64,000 bases of DNA, from assembly GCA_963706575.1 (NCBI GenBank), contig CAVPNL010000009.1:1-64000 (forward strand). Reading direction: 5' to 3'. This DNA comes from an uncultured delta proteobacterium. GTDB lineage: Bacteria > Desulfobacterota > Desulfobacteria > Desulfobacterales > JAHEIW01. The notes under the pieces were generated by a model. The model was not told the DNA's origin, ran no database searches, and was given only the letters and a program-made list of their open reading frames with translations. Numbering within the stretch: position 1 is the stretch's first letter; each line of letters starts with the position of its first letter. The position numbers and the translations under genes are program-made. Positions 1-12,613 of this stretch are shown here, in pieces.

Positions 1-2
1 AA

Positions 3-1166
3 AGACGGAGATGTCGAATGGGCAAATTTCCAAATTTTCTCCATGGTACTACGGGGAGCTCCTCCCCCTTGATCGCACACCTTGATGGTGACATCTTCCT
101 TACCCTGTGCCACTACAACTCGAATGGGAGGCATGTCCTCTTGTCCAATATACCTGTCGACTGTTGCACGACAAGAATTTTTGAGCAATTCCATCACCAT
201 GTATTGTAAATGATGTGGAACATAGGTAAAGCCAGCACTAGTTTTGTCTTGCAAGTTGCAATCGACAAGTTCCATGTTGGGACAACATCCATAACAATCC
301 TTGGTTTGACGTGTCACTTGTTCAATCACTTGTTGAATTTCGTATACTGCATCACAATTGGTTTGAATACAACCAGTCTGTTGAGCAGAATCCAATGCCT
401 TGTCGGATGATGAACAAGGTCGATGTGGATCACTGAGAATGTGATGTTGTGTGAGAAATCGCAATCCCACTCTTGCGGTAAAGAATCGATACAAGGCATG
501 TTCCATTTCGGCTAAATGTTCGGGATCCAAATCATTTGGATGATGAGCTATCCAACTGGAAATACCTTGTGCAATCGCCATGGGAATGTGTTGTCGATCG
601 AGTATAATACGAGACAACATGTCGGTAAAGGCAGCTTCTTGTGTGGAAGTAGTTGGTGGTGGCATTTGTTGAAATTGTTCAATATACCGTAGATAGACAG
701 TGGCAACTTGTCGAACATGTTTCATTTCATTCAAACCATGAGGTAATGTCAATAGATCCATGGCACGTTGTGCCATGCGAATGGGAAGTTCCTTGTGTAG
801 AAATTGTGCATTGCGCAATCGTTGTTGGAAATCACCCGAGGAGGCATACAAGTGCATGTCTTTTAATCGAAGTGGAGTCGGACGTTGAGAAGCAAGTGCT
901 TCCAAGGCTTGCATATCCACTAACAAGTCTTGTTCGATGGGACTTGTCGTGGTGAGACGACGAATTCGTCTAGATGATTCATTCTTCTTATTCTTGTTGG
1001 AGGGAGGTGCCAAGGAGGATTGATGAACATTATTGTTGGCTTGAATCATCATCATGGCTTGAGGCGCCTTGGTTCGATTGCTTTGTGTTGCAATGGATCT
1101 TGCGTGTACAAGACGTGTTGATACGAAGAAGAAGACTGATGCAACACTCTTGTTCTCAATAAGCAT
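3..1166 (-). CDS. Mitochondrial pyruvate dehydrogenase / branched-chain ketoacid dehydrogenase kinase family, 3' end runs off the window
   Basis: Not in the ORF track. Manual minus-strand translation is open from ATG 1166 to the window edge and includes AQFLHKELPIRMAQR, RFFTARVGLRFLTQHH, FTYVPHHLQYMVMELLKNSCRATV (N box) and IKVCDQGGG (G1 box). Confidence 0.88.
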   Translation of the reverse strand, partial: MLIENKSVASVFFFVSTRLVHARSIATQSNRTKAPQAMMMIQANNNVHQSSLAPPSNKNKKNESSRRIRRLTTTSPIEQDLLVDMQALEALASQRPTPLRLKDMHLYASSGDFQQRLRNAQFLHKELPIRMAQRAMDLLTLPHGLNEMKHVRQVATVYLRYIEQFQQMPPPTTSTQEAAFTDMLSRIILDRQHIPMAIAQGISSWIAHHPNDLDPEHLAEMEHALYRFFTARVGLRFLTQHHILSDPHRPCSSSDKALDSAQQTGCIQTNCDAVYEIQQVIEQVTRQTKDCYGCCPNMELVDCNLQDKTSAGFTYVPHHLQYMVMELLKNSCRATVDRYIGQEDMPPIRVVVAQGKEDVTIKVCDQGGGAPRSTMEKIWKFAHSTSPS

Positions 1167-1735
1167 GTTTTAGAAAGCTGAAGTGCCGTCGACATGATGA
1201 GAGTGTTGTGTGAGCCTTGACAGGAAGTGTTCGCCTTGCCGTGTTAAACTGATGATGAGCGAGTAAAGAGAGATTTTCAAGCTTGCCTTGTACAAGACAC
1301 GATGAAATTCACTGCTAAGAGCGTTGGAGTGAGTAAGAATGCTGTTGCTTTGATGACTTCCACAAGAATGGATCTGGTATGATGAATGCCGACGGAAGCG
1401 ATTGCTTCGTGTGACACTTCACTTGCAGTTTTTGGTGTGGCAAGTGGCCAGCTCGTTGAGGAACATGTCTCTATAAGTGATCTTTGATCTTTGAGTAATT
1501 TACCATAAGTAATTTTATCCTGTACATTCCTACGCAAATGTACCACAGGTTCTGCTGTGATGCACTCAAAAAAGTGTCAAGATAGGTTGTGCCGGCGCTC
1601 TGACGTGGTCAGTGAGGTACGTCCTTCATCAGTCCTGGTGCCATCATCATTCGCGCCTCCGCGCTGTGAGATCGCATTCACGAACATCACACATCACAAG
1701 ACTACTTTGCTGTGTGCATCATTCTCTTGTCCACC

Positions 1736-3143
1736 ATGACGCCTCGTCCAGAACAACGTCCTCTCTCATCCACTTCTCTTGAAAAAGTACCACTTGAAAT
1801 TCCCAAAGACGAAGGAGAACGCGCCATTCGTTCTCTTCAAACCTTTGTGACATTTCCCACCGTCAGTGCCACAGCGCCCGAAACGGGTGCCTATCGAGAC
1901 TGTGCGGCATTTCTCGTGCAAGAATTAAAGTCCCTACAAGTATTGAGCGATGTGCATTATCTTGAAGAATCACCCGAGCATTCTCCAGTCGTTGTAGCGT
2001 GTTGGAAAGGCACCGATCGAACACTTCCCATTATTTTATTGAATTCTCATTACGATGTCGTTCCTGCTCAAGAACAAGATTGGACAGTACCTCCCTTTGA
2101 AGGAATTCGTAAAGACGGAAAAATCTATGGACGTGGTACACAAGATATGAAGTGTGTTTGTATTCAATACATTGAAGCCTTGCGCAAGTTGGCATCTCTC
2201 CAATTTACACCGACACGCAGTATTTATCTGACATTTGTGCCCGACGAAGAAGTCGGTGGTGCTGGCATGGCAGCCTTTCTGGATTCCAAACTATACAAAC
2301 AAGAGCTTCCTGGCATTGCCTTGGCACTGGATGAAGGGTTGGCATCCACGTCCAACACGTTTAGTGTCTTTTATGGAGAACGATTGCCATGGTGGGTCAA
2401 TGTCACTGCCACGGGTCCGACTGGACATGGCTCTCGCTTTATTGACAATACTGCCGTCGAACAACTTGTGGAACTTAGCCAATAAGGCATTGGCCTTTCG
2501 AAAGGGACAACGTGACTTGTTGTTTCAAGACGAATCTCATGAAAATTGTGCTCATGCAGTAGTAGTGGCCAAACAAAGGAAAACGTTGGGAGATGTCACG
2601 TCGCTCAACATCACCACGTTACAAGCAGGTGTGCAAGTGGGAAGTACATTTGCCTACAATTGTGTTCCACCCACTGCCATGTGCAGTTTGGACATTCGCA
2701 TTTCTCCTCACGTGCCTCCCACGGACATTTTCCAAATGTTGGACACGTGGTGTCAAGAATGCAGTAAGGACGCCAAGAATGGTTCCTCTCTCAAGTGGGA
2801 CTTTATTCAACATGGCAATGACATGCAACAGCATGCTACCACATCGACATGTCCCAAGATGAATCCATGGTACAAAGTGTTTGTAGATTCTCTCCACAAC
2901 ATGGGAATGGAGGTGGAACCTCAAGTCTTTCCAGCTGCCACGGATAGTCGCTTCTTACGAGCCTTGGGCATTCGAGCACTTGGATTCAGTCCCATGCGCA
3001 ATACCGAAATACTGTTGCATGAAAATGATGAATATATACCCGAATCGACCTTTCTGGAAGGCATTCGTGTCTATGTGAGTGTCATTCAGGCATTGGCGTC
3101 GCAACCCAAGGAAGTGGACGATGCTACAAGTATTGTACAGTAG
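1736..3143 (+). CDS. ACY1: Aminoacylase-1 (peptidase M20 family), one apparent frameshift near 2477
   Basis: Motifs LNSHYDVVP, GRGTQDMK, PDEEVGG, ALDEG, PAATDSRFLR and LLHENDE. ORFs 1712-2485 and 2235-3143 join as VEQLVELANKAL if one base is removed. Start is in a ccaccATG context. Confidence 0.88.
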
Positions 3144-3494
3144 CTAGCACAGGAGGATTCCACAGCCTGATAATGGAAGAAATCTGTAGCCCAGACCGAT
3201 TATAGTGCTCTATATATGTATAACGATAAGCATATAATATGTACAGTCTATCGTGTAAAAGCGCAGTAGTACAGTAGATGCAATTGTCAATCGTTCTGGA
3301 ATGCATGGATTGTCATTGCCTTGCGTCATTGCTCCGCGATACACATTACGCCGAGCCGTACCAAAGGAATCATCCATGCCACGTTGAGTGCTGTGCTGTG
3401 CGATTGAAACTTGCCGCCGCCAATGTAGTTGTGCGGCATTTCAATCTTCCTCTTCTCGATTGGAAAAAAACCGCCCAATGCCCGTCTCAAGTCT

Positions 3495-5136
3495 TCAAGA
3501 AGCACCAAAGAATGACGATATGGCACACGGCTCCTCCACAGAAAAACTTCCAAAGAAAATTTGTTGACAGAGTTCCCACTGTGTCGTGACGGACCGAGGC
3601 GACGCAATCTGTTGAAATCGTGTGGACAAGACTGTTGTTTCATCGACAGCAGACATGAGAAACGGCACACCGGAAGCACACTTGGCTCTGACTGGTGGCA
3701 TAGGATCCTCTTGACTATCTGTGAATGCAGCACTGTCGGTATCCTTGTCGTCTTGTTGGCGTTGTATCGTCATGATTGAAGCCATGGCCCAAGACGGAGG
3801 GGCTCTCAGTAACGATACGGAGGTTGCCATTTCCGAATACTGTGAGAAATGTACATGGCTGTATGAATCAGCCAATGACATTAGAGATCGTGGCGGATAT
3901 TGTCGCCTATCACATGTATCCGTGTGAGAAACCATCATCGAAACGTTTCCAAGCAACATTTCCTGTCCAGGCAGCAAATACTAGAGCTACTTACATGAAT
4001 GTGATTGCATCGTCAATAAGTTCTTGTGCCGAGATGGAATCATCCTCCCGTACAGTCCAATCATTACAGATTCGAGACAAGAGGCTCCGAATGGTCATGT
4101 GGACGGAGGCTGGATCCAGGTCGGCATGGAGAATCTCGACTCGATGTTGAGGATGCACCAAGACTGCCACTGCAAAGTATCTACAATCGACAAACAATCG
4201 TTAGCCCGAGTCGTGTTGAACGTTACCCTCCACACACACTTAGTAAGAAATCACTTACAATGGAAATAGAGCATGTGAACTCAAAAAGGCATCCATCAAA
4301 CGACTGGCAACGTGAGGATCATGAATATCATGGGTAAACATTGTCAGGATCCACGGCAAAATGACATTGGGCATTTCGAGATTCGACTGCAATAGCACGT
4401 CGTGCAGCTCGGCATCTATGGAATCCAGCAGTGGCAAGAGCACGGCATTGAGGAATGCAACAAGACCGCTCAGGTCTTCTCGCAGTGCATCTCTCAAGTG
4501 TACTCTACAGAGTCGTTTCAGAATGGCACTAGCATGATGGGCATTCTGTAAATTATATAGCAAGACTCCCGCAATATCGTGAAGTCCTTGATAATAATGC
4601 AGTTTTCCACACGATAATGTAGATTTTAAGACGTTCGCCAGCTGCTCTTGCTGATCTGAATAGGACAAGTCGTCTTGAGACGTGGATTCACCAGAGGGAG
4701 GCGCTGCTGTATCGTCGTCTTTCGTTTCTTTGTGTTTGTGATAACGAAACAAGACGGATCTACCCGCATCGCAACGAATCAGTTCCAAGTCTTTTTCATC
4801 CAGGGAACACGACTCTTGACTGGTGGATGATTCCGGAATGCGGTCCAGTCCTACAAGAATGTGCCATGCCTTTTGACGCATCTCGGCTGTGCAAATGTTC
4901 AACAAAGACAGTGAAAGCGGGAGGTAAGAAGTCACGCAATTGACAGAAAATCGTAAACTTTACACCGCCCTACCATTGACAAGGCCTCCTTGCGTCAAGG
5001 CAAGCTCTCGCAATTGCCACAGGTCGACAGTGTCGCGCGCCAAACATAGTCGGATGCGCTCCTCCTTTTCTGGACGCGAAGCACTGCTCTCTTCCTGCAA
5101 ACACGCACTACTGCATCTTATACTCTTCTTCATCAT
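3495..5136 (-). CDS. TBC-domain Rab GTPase-activating protein (TBC1D20/Gyp8-like), 4 exons
   Basis: Motifs LHYYQGLHDIA, LPWILTMFTHD and RLMDAFL. GT-AG introns at 4887-4973, 4181-4258 and 3907-3994 splice in frame (GGLVN-AEMRQ, FPL-YFAV, ITFM-RQYP). Confidence 0.85.
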
Positions 5137-5470
5137 GGTGGTGGCCTCTCGAGGGCGTCTGAAGCGATGTTCTCTCACGCATACATGGAGCTTTTCAGCA
5201 GCAACAGATGGTGGCGTCATGGAGAAGAAAGGCAATGCGGCGAATAAGCGCGCCAAAACGTCATTTTTGGCGCGCCCGCCGATCTTCCCTCCAATGACAC
5301 AACATGGCACCTGATGCTCATCCCTGAGAACACTACAGTTTCTTCATTTTCGCCAGCTATTTAGTTTGTTTGTGTTAGGCAAAAAAAATAGTTATCAATA
5401 AAGGCTCATGTCAGCTACTGAATCCATCGATACAATTAGCGTCAATCAGCCAAGCTTCAGTAGCGCTAAG

Positions 5471-6632
5471 TTACTTCTTCTTGTCTACTGTTCCACATCC
5501 AAAGAGGGCATTCGAGGACTCTACTGTATGGTTGAATAACTCTCCATCATATTGCTCCAACAAGGCTCGCAGCCGCGTTCTCACTTTGGGGTCATGCGTG
5601 GTGGCGTGTCCACCCGAATAGAGAGTGTGGTTTCGTTGCTGCTCCACAATGGACCGCCTCTGTTCTACGGGCAACGTGACATTTCGCGCCTCTCCCGCAG
5701 GAAACAACCAATTTAGAATTTGATGAAACTTGTCTTCTTGTTGAAAGGGATCGACCAAATCTTCGTAACAAACAAAGAGCGTCGAATTTTGTGGTTGTGC
5801 CAATTCGCCAAAACGGAACGACTCCCTTGTACCATTTCGACAAGGCAATATCCATCAATACTCGTATTCCATCCTCTTCTGACTCTTCCACTAGATAGGA
5901 ACAAATGGAACGATTGTTGCGCGGTGGAAAGGATATTCCTCCTCTCTGATGGAATGACAAGTGTGTGTCCCATTCGTCTCGTCTCACGATTCGTTTGGGT
6001 TCACCTCGTGCATTCATCCAACATTCATATCCAGCCTTGTGATACAAGTATCCAGAAATGATGGCATCTAACCAATTGCGTGTCACTACAACATGACGAT
6101 AATCTCGAGTGGGTAGAGTCGAGTTGGCATCAACTAGTTTCGGAATTTGCTCGACCGCAATGCGGTGTTTGGATGTTGGACGAGTAAAGGAATCAAAGAG
6201 ACTATCGACAAGAATGGTACCAAACTTGTGAGCACGATAAATGGTGCGTCTGCAACAGTTTGGTGGAGCAGCAGTGTTCCGGCAAGAGCATGATTTCTTG
6301 TCAACTTTGAGAGGCGGCGCAAGTGTCGTCGCCAGTGTTGGCGCAAGTGTCCGAGGACGTAAAGTAGTAGTGACAGCAGAGACAGACGTAGTTGTAACTC
6401 GAAGAGCTTTTCTTGTTGACAGATACTGCCGGGATGCACCAGCACTATCGTGAGGTGCCCACACATGCACCAAAGAATACACCAGTGCGCCAATGACAAC
6501 AACGATGATGAAGCATGCCAAGCACGTTTTGATCGGAATGAAGCGCAAAGTCTCGCCACGTTTCCAACCAACTCTGTCTTTAGTGCTTTTCGTTGATGCT
6601 TCTTCCACTAAAGGGCGAAAGGTATTGCTCAC
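5471..6632 (-). CDS. Hypothetical type II membrane protein with sulfotransferase-like features, frameshift near 5800
   Basis: N-terminal TM helix and Thr-rich stalk, then HKFGT and VVTRNWLDAIISGYLYH. A second frame supplies FVCYEDL. Start is uncertain. Confidence 0.5.
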
Positions 6633-6808
6633 AGAGGCCTCTTCATCGATGTTATGTTGCTGGTGCTCTCCTCCGCATTTTGCAGATTAGGGTTCGAATT
6701 TAATTTTCTTAGTCGAACAAGTCGAACAATTCAAACTTCATCTTGCGTGCAAACATCACAGTCACTTTTTGACGTCAGCGTCACAACTGACAGCATCACT
6801 GCAACAAA

Positions 6809-8743
6809 ATGGCGGACGAAATGAAAGACGAGATGGAGGGCATTGAAGCCGTTGACGTTGATTTGTTTGAGCAAGAGCCAAGCAAGGCGGAAAAGATGGA
6901 GGTGAGTTCCCAACGGCATCTGTCTCATGAGATTCCCGTCGCATCAACGCCATTCGTTGCATCGCAACATTCCTCGTGCCTTCTTCCTTCGCCGTAGCTT
7001 GAGTACCAGAGGCTACGTAGCGTGAAGGGCGAGGAGGGATTTTCAGTGTTCGCGGCCTACTGCAGATTTCTACGAATTCCTACGCAGCAATTCCTGTTCA
7101 GAAGCACAGACAATGCAGTCTGAAACTGGCGCGAGAACCGTGACGCTTTTTACACAGACAGCGAACTAACCAAACCAAACCGATAGACTTCTCATCTTGC
7201 TGTTGTCTCACTCGAACTATACCTACATTCCAGATGCGCAAAGCTCAAAAGCCTCCTTCGGAATGGCTTCGACTGTTGTGTAAAGAATGGGCTGCCGAGA
7301 ACCCCGAAGCCTTGGAAGCATGTGACGCAAAATTCCTCGAATACAAGTCGTATCTCAAAGGAGTCTTGTCGCCTCAGCTACTTTGCCGTTTGTCCATTCC
7401 ACCTCTTAAGGAGGACGGAATGGATCCTCATTCTCCTCCTGTTGACTTTTGGGGTATCTTGGGCATTGAAGATGAATTCGACAAGGTATGTATTTGTTTT
7501 ATTACACTTATTGTTGAATGATAGTTGTATTCGTCTGCAACAACTCACTTTCGTTCCTTACTGTAGGCGTACATTATTGCGCAAGTGGAACGTTTTGCCA
7601 ATCTATACAATATTCGTGGAGTTTTGGAAGATTCAATCGACAGTGGCTTCTTTGATGCCATGGATCCTGCAGCTGCTGCCGCGGCCGCCGCTGCCGGTAT
7701 CTCGGTATCACCTGGATTGGTGAGTTTGCCTCCCTATGTCGATTCGACTGCTGCCGCCGCCGCAGCAGCGGCTGCAGCGGCAGCTGCTGCAGATATCAGT
7801 GGTGCCACTAGACTGGGCAAGAAGCAGGTGGTTGATGTCAGCAAGGCTCACAAGTTGGCAAAAGATGCCGAAAAGGCTCTTGAACTGGAACGTCGTAGTT
7901 CCGTCAAGCGAGAACAGAAGCGCATGTCCCAAGAACTCAAGGACCACAAGGCGAAGGAACGTCAAGAAGTGACTATGCGCAAGGCTACGGAACGTGCTGC
8001 TCGCGAAGCTACTCGTGAAGAACGTCGTGCCAAGAAGCTTGCGATCCGTCAGGAACGAGAAAAGTGGGCACAAGAGCAGAAGGAAGCTGCCCTTCGTCGT
8101 GCTGCTGAACTTGTTCATTCGAATCGAGTTCCTATTGAAATTACGCGAGGAAGTGCCGCGGCTAAGGCTGCTGCCAACGCCGCTGTCGCTGCCTCGGGAG
8201 TACCGGTGGCACAAGAAGAACCTCCCAAGCAAAAGCGTCGTTCTGCCATTGTCGTTTCGACTGCTTCCGATCTTCATCAGATTGTCACTCATTCCAAGAA
8301 TCTCTGGACCAAGTACAATGCGATTGCCAAGCAACACAACCAGAGAGTCAATTGGGTCCGTAGTCGCGAAAGAATTGGGCATTCACGTCAAGGTTCGCGA
8401 AAAGTATGCTCGCATGCACTCTCGTGCCGAGCAACGTGACTTTGATTGGGAAAAGAATGGTCACTTTCGCATCAAGGATCATCCTCACATTTTCCTCGAG
8501 CCTACGGAGGCAGAACAAAAGGCGAAAATGCCGCCTCCTGCTCCGGATGTTTCGACGACTGTCTTGATTGGAGAAGGTTCCAAAGAGTTGGACCATTCGG
8601 ACGATGCGGTTGCTGCTGCCGCCGCCGTGGTGGATGCGTCTGTGGATTCGGGACTTCATTCTGCAGAAGATCAGAATGCGGCTGCTGCGGTAGTTGCTGC
8701 TACCATGGTGGCGGATCCGACGGCGAACATTCAGGAAATTTAG
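6809..8743 (+). CDS. Hypothetical intron-containing protein with poly-Ala tracts and a charged coiled coil
   Basis: Clear introns at 6902-6997 and 7486-7566; exon structure between 7000 and 7233 is unresolved. Apparent extra base near 8358 (NWV-VVAKELG). Confidence 0.6.
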
Positions 8744-8830
8744 AAGAGAAACGCGACGTCGAGATGCTCTATAGTGCGTATTGTAGATATAACAAAAGAG
8801 TAGTGAAGCAACAACACAACACATATCTAT

Positions 8831-9286
8831 TCATGATTCTTCCTCTTGTGGATTCGCCTGTTTTGCTTTTCGTTCTTTTCGTCGTTGTTGTTTGAAGAAT
8901 GCTTCTAGCATGGCTCGATTTTGTTCTTGTGTCTTTTGATCACTGACTGCCAATCTCACTCCACCACCAACACCTCCGGCTCCCACTTTTTCTTTTGTTC
9001 CATCGGGTAGTACTCGATATTCTCCAATCCCTTCAATATCTTTTTGAGAGAGTTTCTCTCCATGTATTCCAATGGAATCATGTGATTTCGAAATGGCCCA
9101 TTGCATGACTTGGTAGCCACCAATAACGGGAATACTAAAGTAAATACAGCCCATGACAACACGTCCCCATTTAGGAAGAGGATATCGCCATGCCGTGTGA
9201 ACCGTGTGTTTGAGACGTTCATGGCGTTCGTGAAAGTTGCGAATGGCAGAAAACAACCAAGGTTCTTGTGGTTGAGGAGATGACAT
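8831..9286 (-). CDS. Hypothetical small single-TM eukaryotic protein
   Basis: Clean ORF starting MSSPQPQEPW, with one hydrophobic segment and a charged C-terminus. Confidence 0.6.
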   Translation of the reverse strand: MSSPQPQEPWLFSAIRNFHERHERLKHTVHTAWRYPLPKWGRVVMGCIYFSIPVIGGYQVMQWAISKSHDSIGIHGEKLSQKDIEGIGEYRVLPDGTKEKVGAGGVGGGVRLAVSDQKTQEQNRAMLEAFFKQQRRKERKAKQANPQEEES

Positions 9287-9433
9287 TGTTGTTTTTGTTA
9301 TTATAATTGATAATGGGAAAGAAAACAATGAAATATACTACAATCACAGAGTTTTACAAGCAGCAACAGTTATATAGACGAGAAACAAAACAGCTTGACT
9401 AGCTCCGTCAGTCGCCAAGCAGCCGCATGATGA

Positions 9434-9901
9434 CTCAAGCAAATTGACCGGGCCAGGCGCAAGCAGCGTACCCAATATGGCGATGATATTGCCGGCATGT
9501 TTTATCTGTACGACCGTAAAAAGCAAACACCCATGAAGCTGATCGATCAGAAGATTGCTCATTCCGATCCAGCCGGTCAAGAACGTTTGGAATACGATCT
9601 CAAGCCTTATAAAGGATATTATTTCACTGTATTATCTGGAGTTGAATCCGCCGGTGGTAAGAATGACTACATGCGCATACCCAAACAGCAAGCATTTAGC
9701 TGGAAAAACGGATCTTTTAAAACGGCACCCTTTCTGCAACCACCGGATCTGGCCGCTATCCCCGGAGATGAAACCCAGCCCACCTTTTTCATCCAGTTTG
9801 ACCAGGTCTATATGAAACAGCTCAACGGCACCAAGCTGACCTATTTGCCGGAAGACTACTACGGTAAAGGTTGGGTGGAAGCGAAGTTCGTTGGGAGCTG
9901 A
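9434..9901 (+). CDS. C-terminal fragment of an unknown bacterial protein, truncated at the junction
   Basis: Frame is open from 9434 (after TGA at 9431), shows bacterial-style codons and has no convincing RBS before ATG 9497. Confidence 0.5.
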   Translation, partial: LKQIDRARRKQRTQYGDDIAGMFYLYDRKKQTPMKLIDQKIAHSDPAGQERLEYDLKPYKGYYFTVLSGVESAGGKNDYMRIPKQQAFSWKNGSFKTAPFLQPPDLAAIPGDETQPTFFIQFDQVYMKQLNGTKLTYLPEDYYGKGWVEAKFVGS

Positions 9902-10193
9902 AACTCGATCCTCGCTCGCCCATCGTCGAGCACAATTTTACCACTTTCCCGGCACCTTTTTCCCGCCGACGTCAATTTTTCAACGAATTCTTCAAGAAAT
10001 CTGGCGAACGACCGATAAGAACAGGATTTATCTCAATCTTATCCGATTATTAGGTTTAATATTCACTTTTATTTCATACAGGCGATTCGTAGCACAGTTT
10101 TTGCAAAAAATTTTTAGCAACGGGCTGTTACCAAACAGGCCCCATACCGGCAGGTATTATTAACATTTCTGAGAAAATAACCGGACAACCTTA

Positions 10194-12346
10194 ATGATCC
10201 TGAACTGGATGCAAAAAATGGGGGCGGCAAAAACCGCTCTGGCCATCACTATGATCTCAATTTTAGGGGCACTGGCGCTTGAAATCGGTATATCGCTGAT
10301 TATCGGTGAAATGCATCCGGAAATGATTATCAAATCCATCGTATTTCCGGCAATTATTGCACCCATCATATCCTATGCCGTTGTCCGGGTGGCGGTCCGG
10401 CTGGCCGAGTCCTGGACCTGCACTGCGTGAAAGTGAAAAAAATACCGCACCATTCTGGACAATATCGAAGACGGGTATTTTGAAGTCGACCTCGAGGGTA
10501 ATTTCACCTATTTCAACGATGCCCTCTGCCGGTTAATCGGATATTCTGCGACGGCAATGGCCGGAATGAACAACCGGGAATATATGGATGAAGAAAACGC
10601 CAAAAAGGTGTTTAAAACCTTTAATCGGGTATACGAAACAGGCAAGCCCACAAAGGCTTTTGACTGGGAAATTATCAAAGTCGACGGCTCTAAAAGTCAC
10701 GTGGATGCTTCCGTCTCGTTAATAACAGATCCTGAGGGAAACCCCTGATCGTATTTCGCGACATTGCACGCGACGTAACCGCGCAAAAACAGTCACAAAG
10801 GGCTTTGCGGGAAAGCGAGGCAAAATACAGGCAGCTGGTGAATCATGCACCTGCCGGCATTTACGAAGTTGATTTTATCGAGGAACATTTGTCAGCGTCA
10901 ATGATCTCATCTGCGAGTACACCGGCTATACCCGGCAAGAGCTTTTAGCCATGAGCGCCCTTGATATTTTGGCGGAGGACAGTCAGAAAAAATTTCTTGA
11001 ACGCCTGGACAAAATTCTTAAAGGTCAGAAAGTACCGTCATCGGTTGAATTTAAAATCAGAGCCAAAAGCGGCCGTGAATTCTATGTTCTGATTAATTCA
11101 AAAATTATTTATGGCGACGATGGGAAACCAAAAGGCGCGACAGCCGTAGTGCATGACATCACGGAACAAAAACAGGCTGAGGAAGAAAAAGAAAAACCTG
11201 GAATATCAACTTCAGCAGGCCCAGAAGATGGAGGCCATCGGGACACTGGCCGGCGGAATCGCGCACGACTTTAATAATATTCTTTCGGTCATTATCGGTT
11301 ACACCGAACTGATATTGATGAACGGAGATGTCGATGGGGAAGTCAGGCAAAATCTAAAAGAGATCTTTAGCGCCAGCAAACACGCCCGGGACATGGTCAA
11401 GCAAATTCTGGCCTTCAGCCGCCAGAACAAACAGGAGCGCAAACCCATTCAGGTGGCCCATATTGCCAAAGAGGCCATCAAAATGCTGCGGGCCTCTCTG
11501 CCGACCACGATTTCAATTCAGCATCACATTGAAAAGGACACCGGGGTTATTGAGGCCGACCCAACCCAGATCCACCAGGTGTTGATGAACCTTTGCACCA
11601 ATGCTTCACATGCGATCAATGAAAAAGACGGTGTTCTTGAAATCCATCTGGGCAACATCGAGTTAGATCAAAAGGCCGCCGCCGACATCCCGGGCCTCAA
11701 AACGGGATCTTATCTGAAACTGAGTGTCAAAGACAGCGGAGAGGGTATTCGCCCCGAGGCCCAGCAGCAGATTTTTAATCCCTATTTTACAACGAAAGAA
11801 AAAGGTAAGGGAACCGGCCTGGGATTAGCCGTGGTCCAGGGAATTGTCAAATCCAACAATGGCGCGGTGACGGTTGAAAGCGAAGTGGGTAAAGGCGCCG
11901 CGTTTCATGTGTATCTTCCCACCATAAAGCGAAAATTAACGGCAGACGAAGAAATTTCCACACCGCTGCCGATGGGATGTGAGCACATTCTGCTAGTAGA
12001 TGACGAGCAGCCGCTGGTGGAAATCGGAAGGCAAATGCTGGAACGCCTGGGGTATAGCGTTGCCACGCGAACCAGCAGCATCGAAGCTCTGGAGTATTTC
12101 AAAGCAGACCCGGATCGATTCGATCTGGTGATTACCGATATTGTCATGCCCAACATGGCCGGTGACATGCTGGCCAAAAAAATAATAGACATCCGCGACG
12201 ATATTCCGGTTGTTCTGTGCACCGGTTACAGCGAAAAATTTACCCACCAGAATGCCTCCGAAATGGGCATTCAAAACTTCCTGATGAAACCGCTGGTCAT
12301 GCGCGATCTGGCCAATACGGTCCGGCAGGCTCTGGCAGCCAACTAA
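10194..12346 (+). CDS. Membrane PAS-PAS hybrid histidine kinase/receiver, broken by several frameshifts (error or pseudogene)
   Basis: TM N-terminus, PAS pieces (YRTILDNIEDGYFEVD, YRQLVNHAPAGIYEVD), H box LAGGIAHDFNN, GTGLGL and receiver LLVDDE. Breaks near 10420-10440, 10745, 10890 and 11195. Confidence 0.85.
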
Positions 12347-12613
12347 AACCTAAAATCAGCGTTTCAAAATACTCGAATATCTCCCGCTGAACGGGATCCC
12401 ACAAATTATATCGGAAAAAAGCACCAGATATTAGGCTGATCACCGCAAGAGGTGGAAGTAGTTTCGACTCGACTGAGGTTGAGGCTCTAAGCCTACCGGC
12501 GCCAAATTAAATTTTGCATCTGATCATTTTAACGGTATAATGAATTCATTATCCCCTGAAAAATTGCCTAAAAACACGCTGCAATTCGCCTTTCAAAAAC
12601 AAGGATTTGAAAA

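Larger units (their letters stand above)
1..9430. other. Eukaryotic genomic segment (diatom/stramenopile-like by inference) joined to bacterial DNA
   Basis: Contains 78-96 bp GT-AG introns that restore reading frames and eukaryotic gene families (PDK, TBC RabGAP, ACY1). No operon structure. The right boundary is approximate. Confidence 0.9.

Noticed and set aside
18..1546. Short ORF-track calls over the first 1.5 kb
   Set aside because: Most are antisense shadows of the minus-strand kinase. 1277-1546 has no recognisable motifs.
7670..7790. GCN trinucleotide runs as a repeat element
   Set aside because: They encode poly-Ala tracts in a eukaryotic protein.
1..9430. Genuine eukaryote-bacterium gene transfer as the main interpretation
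   Set aside because: Introns are retained, the bacterial ORF is cut at the join and errors cluster there. It is kept only as a checkable alternative.
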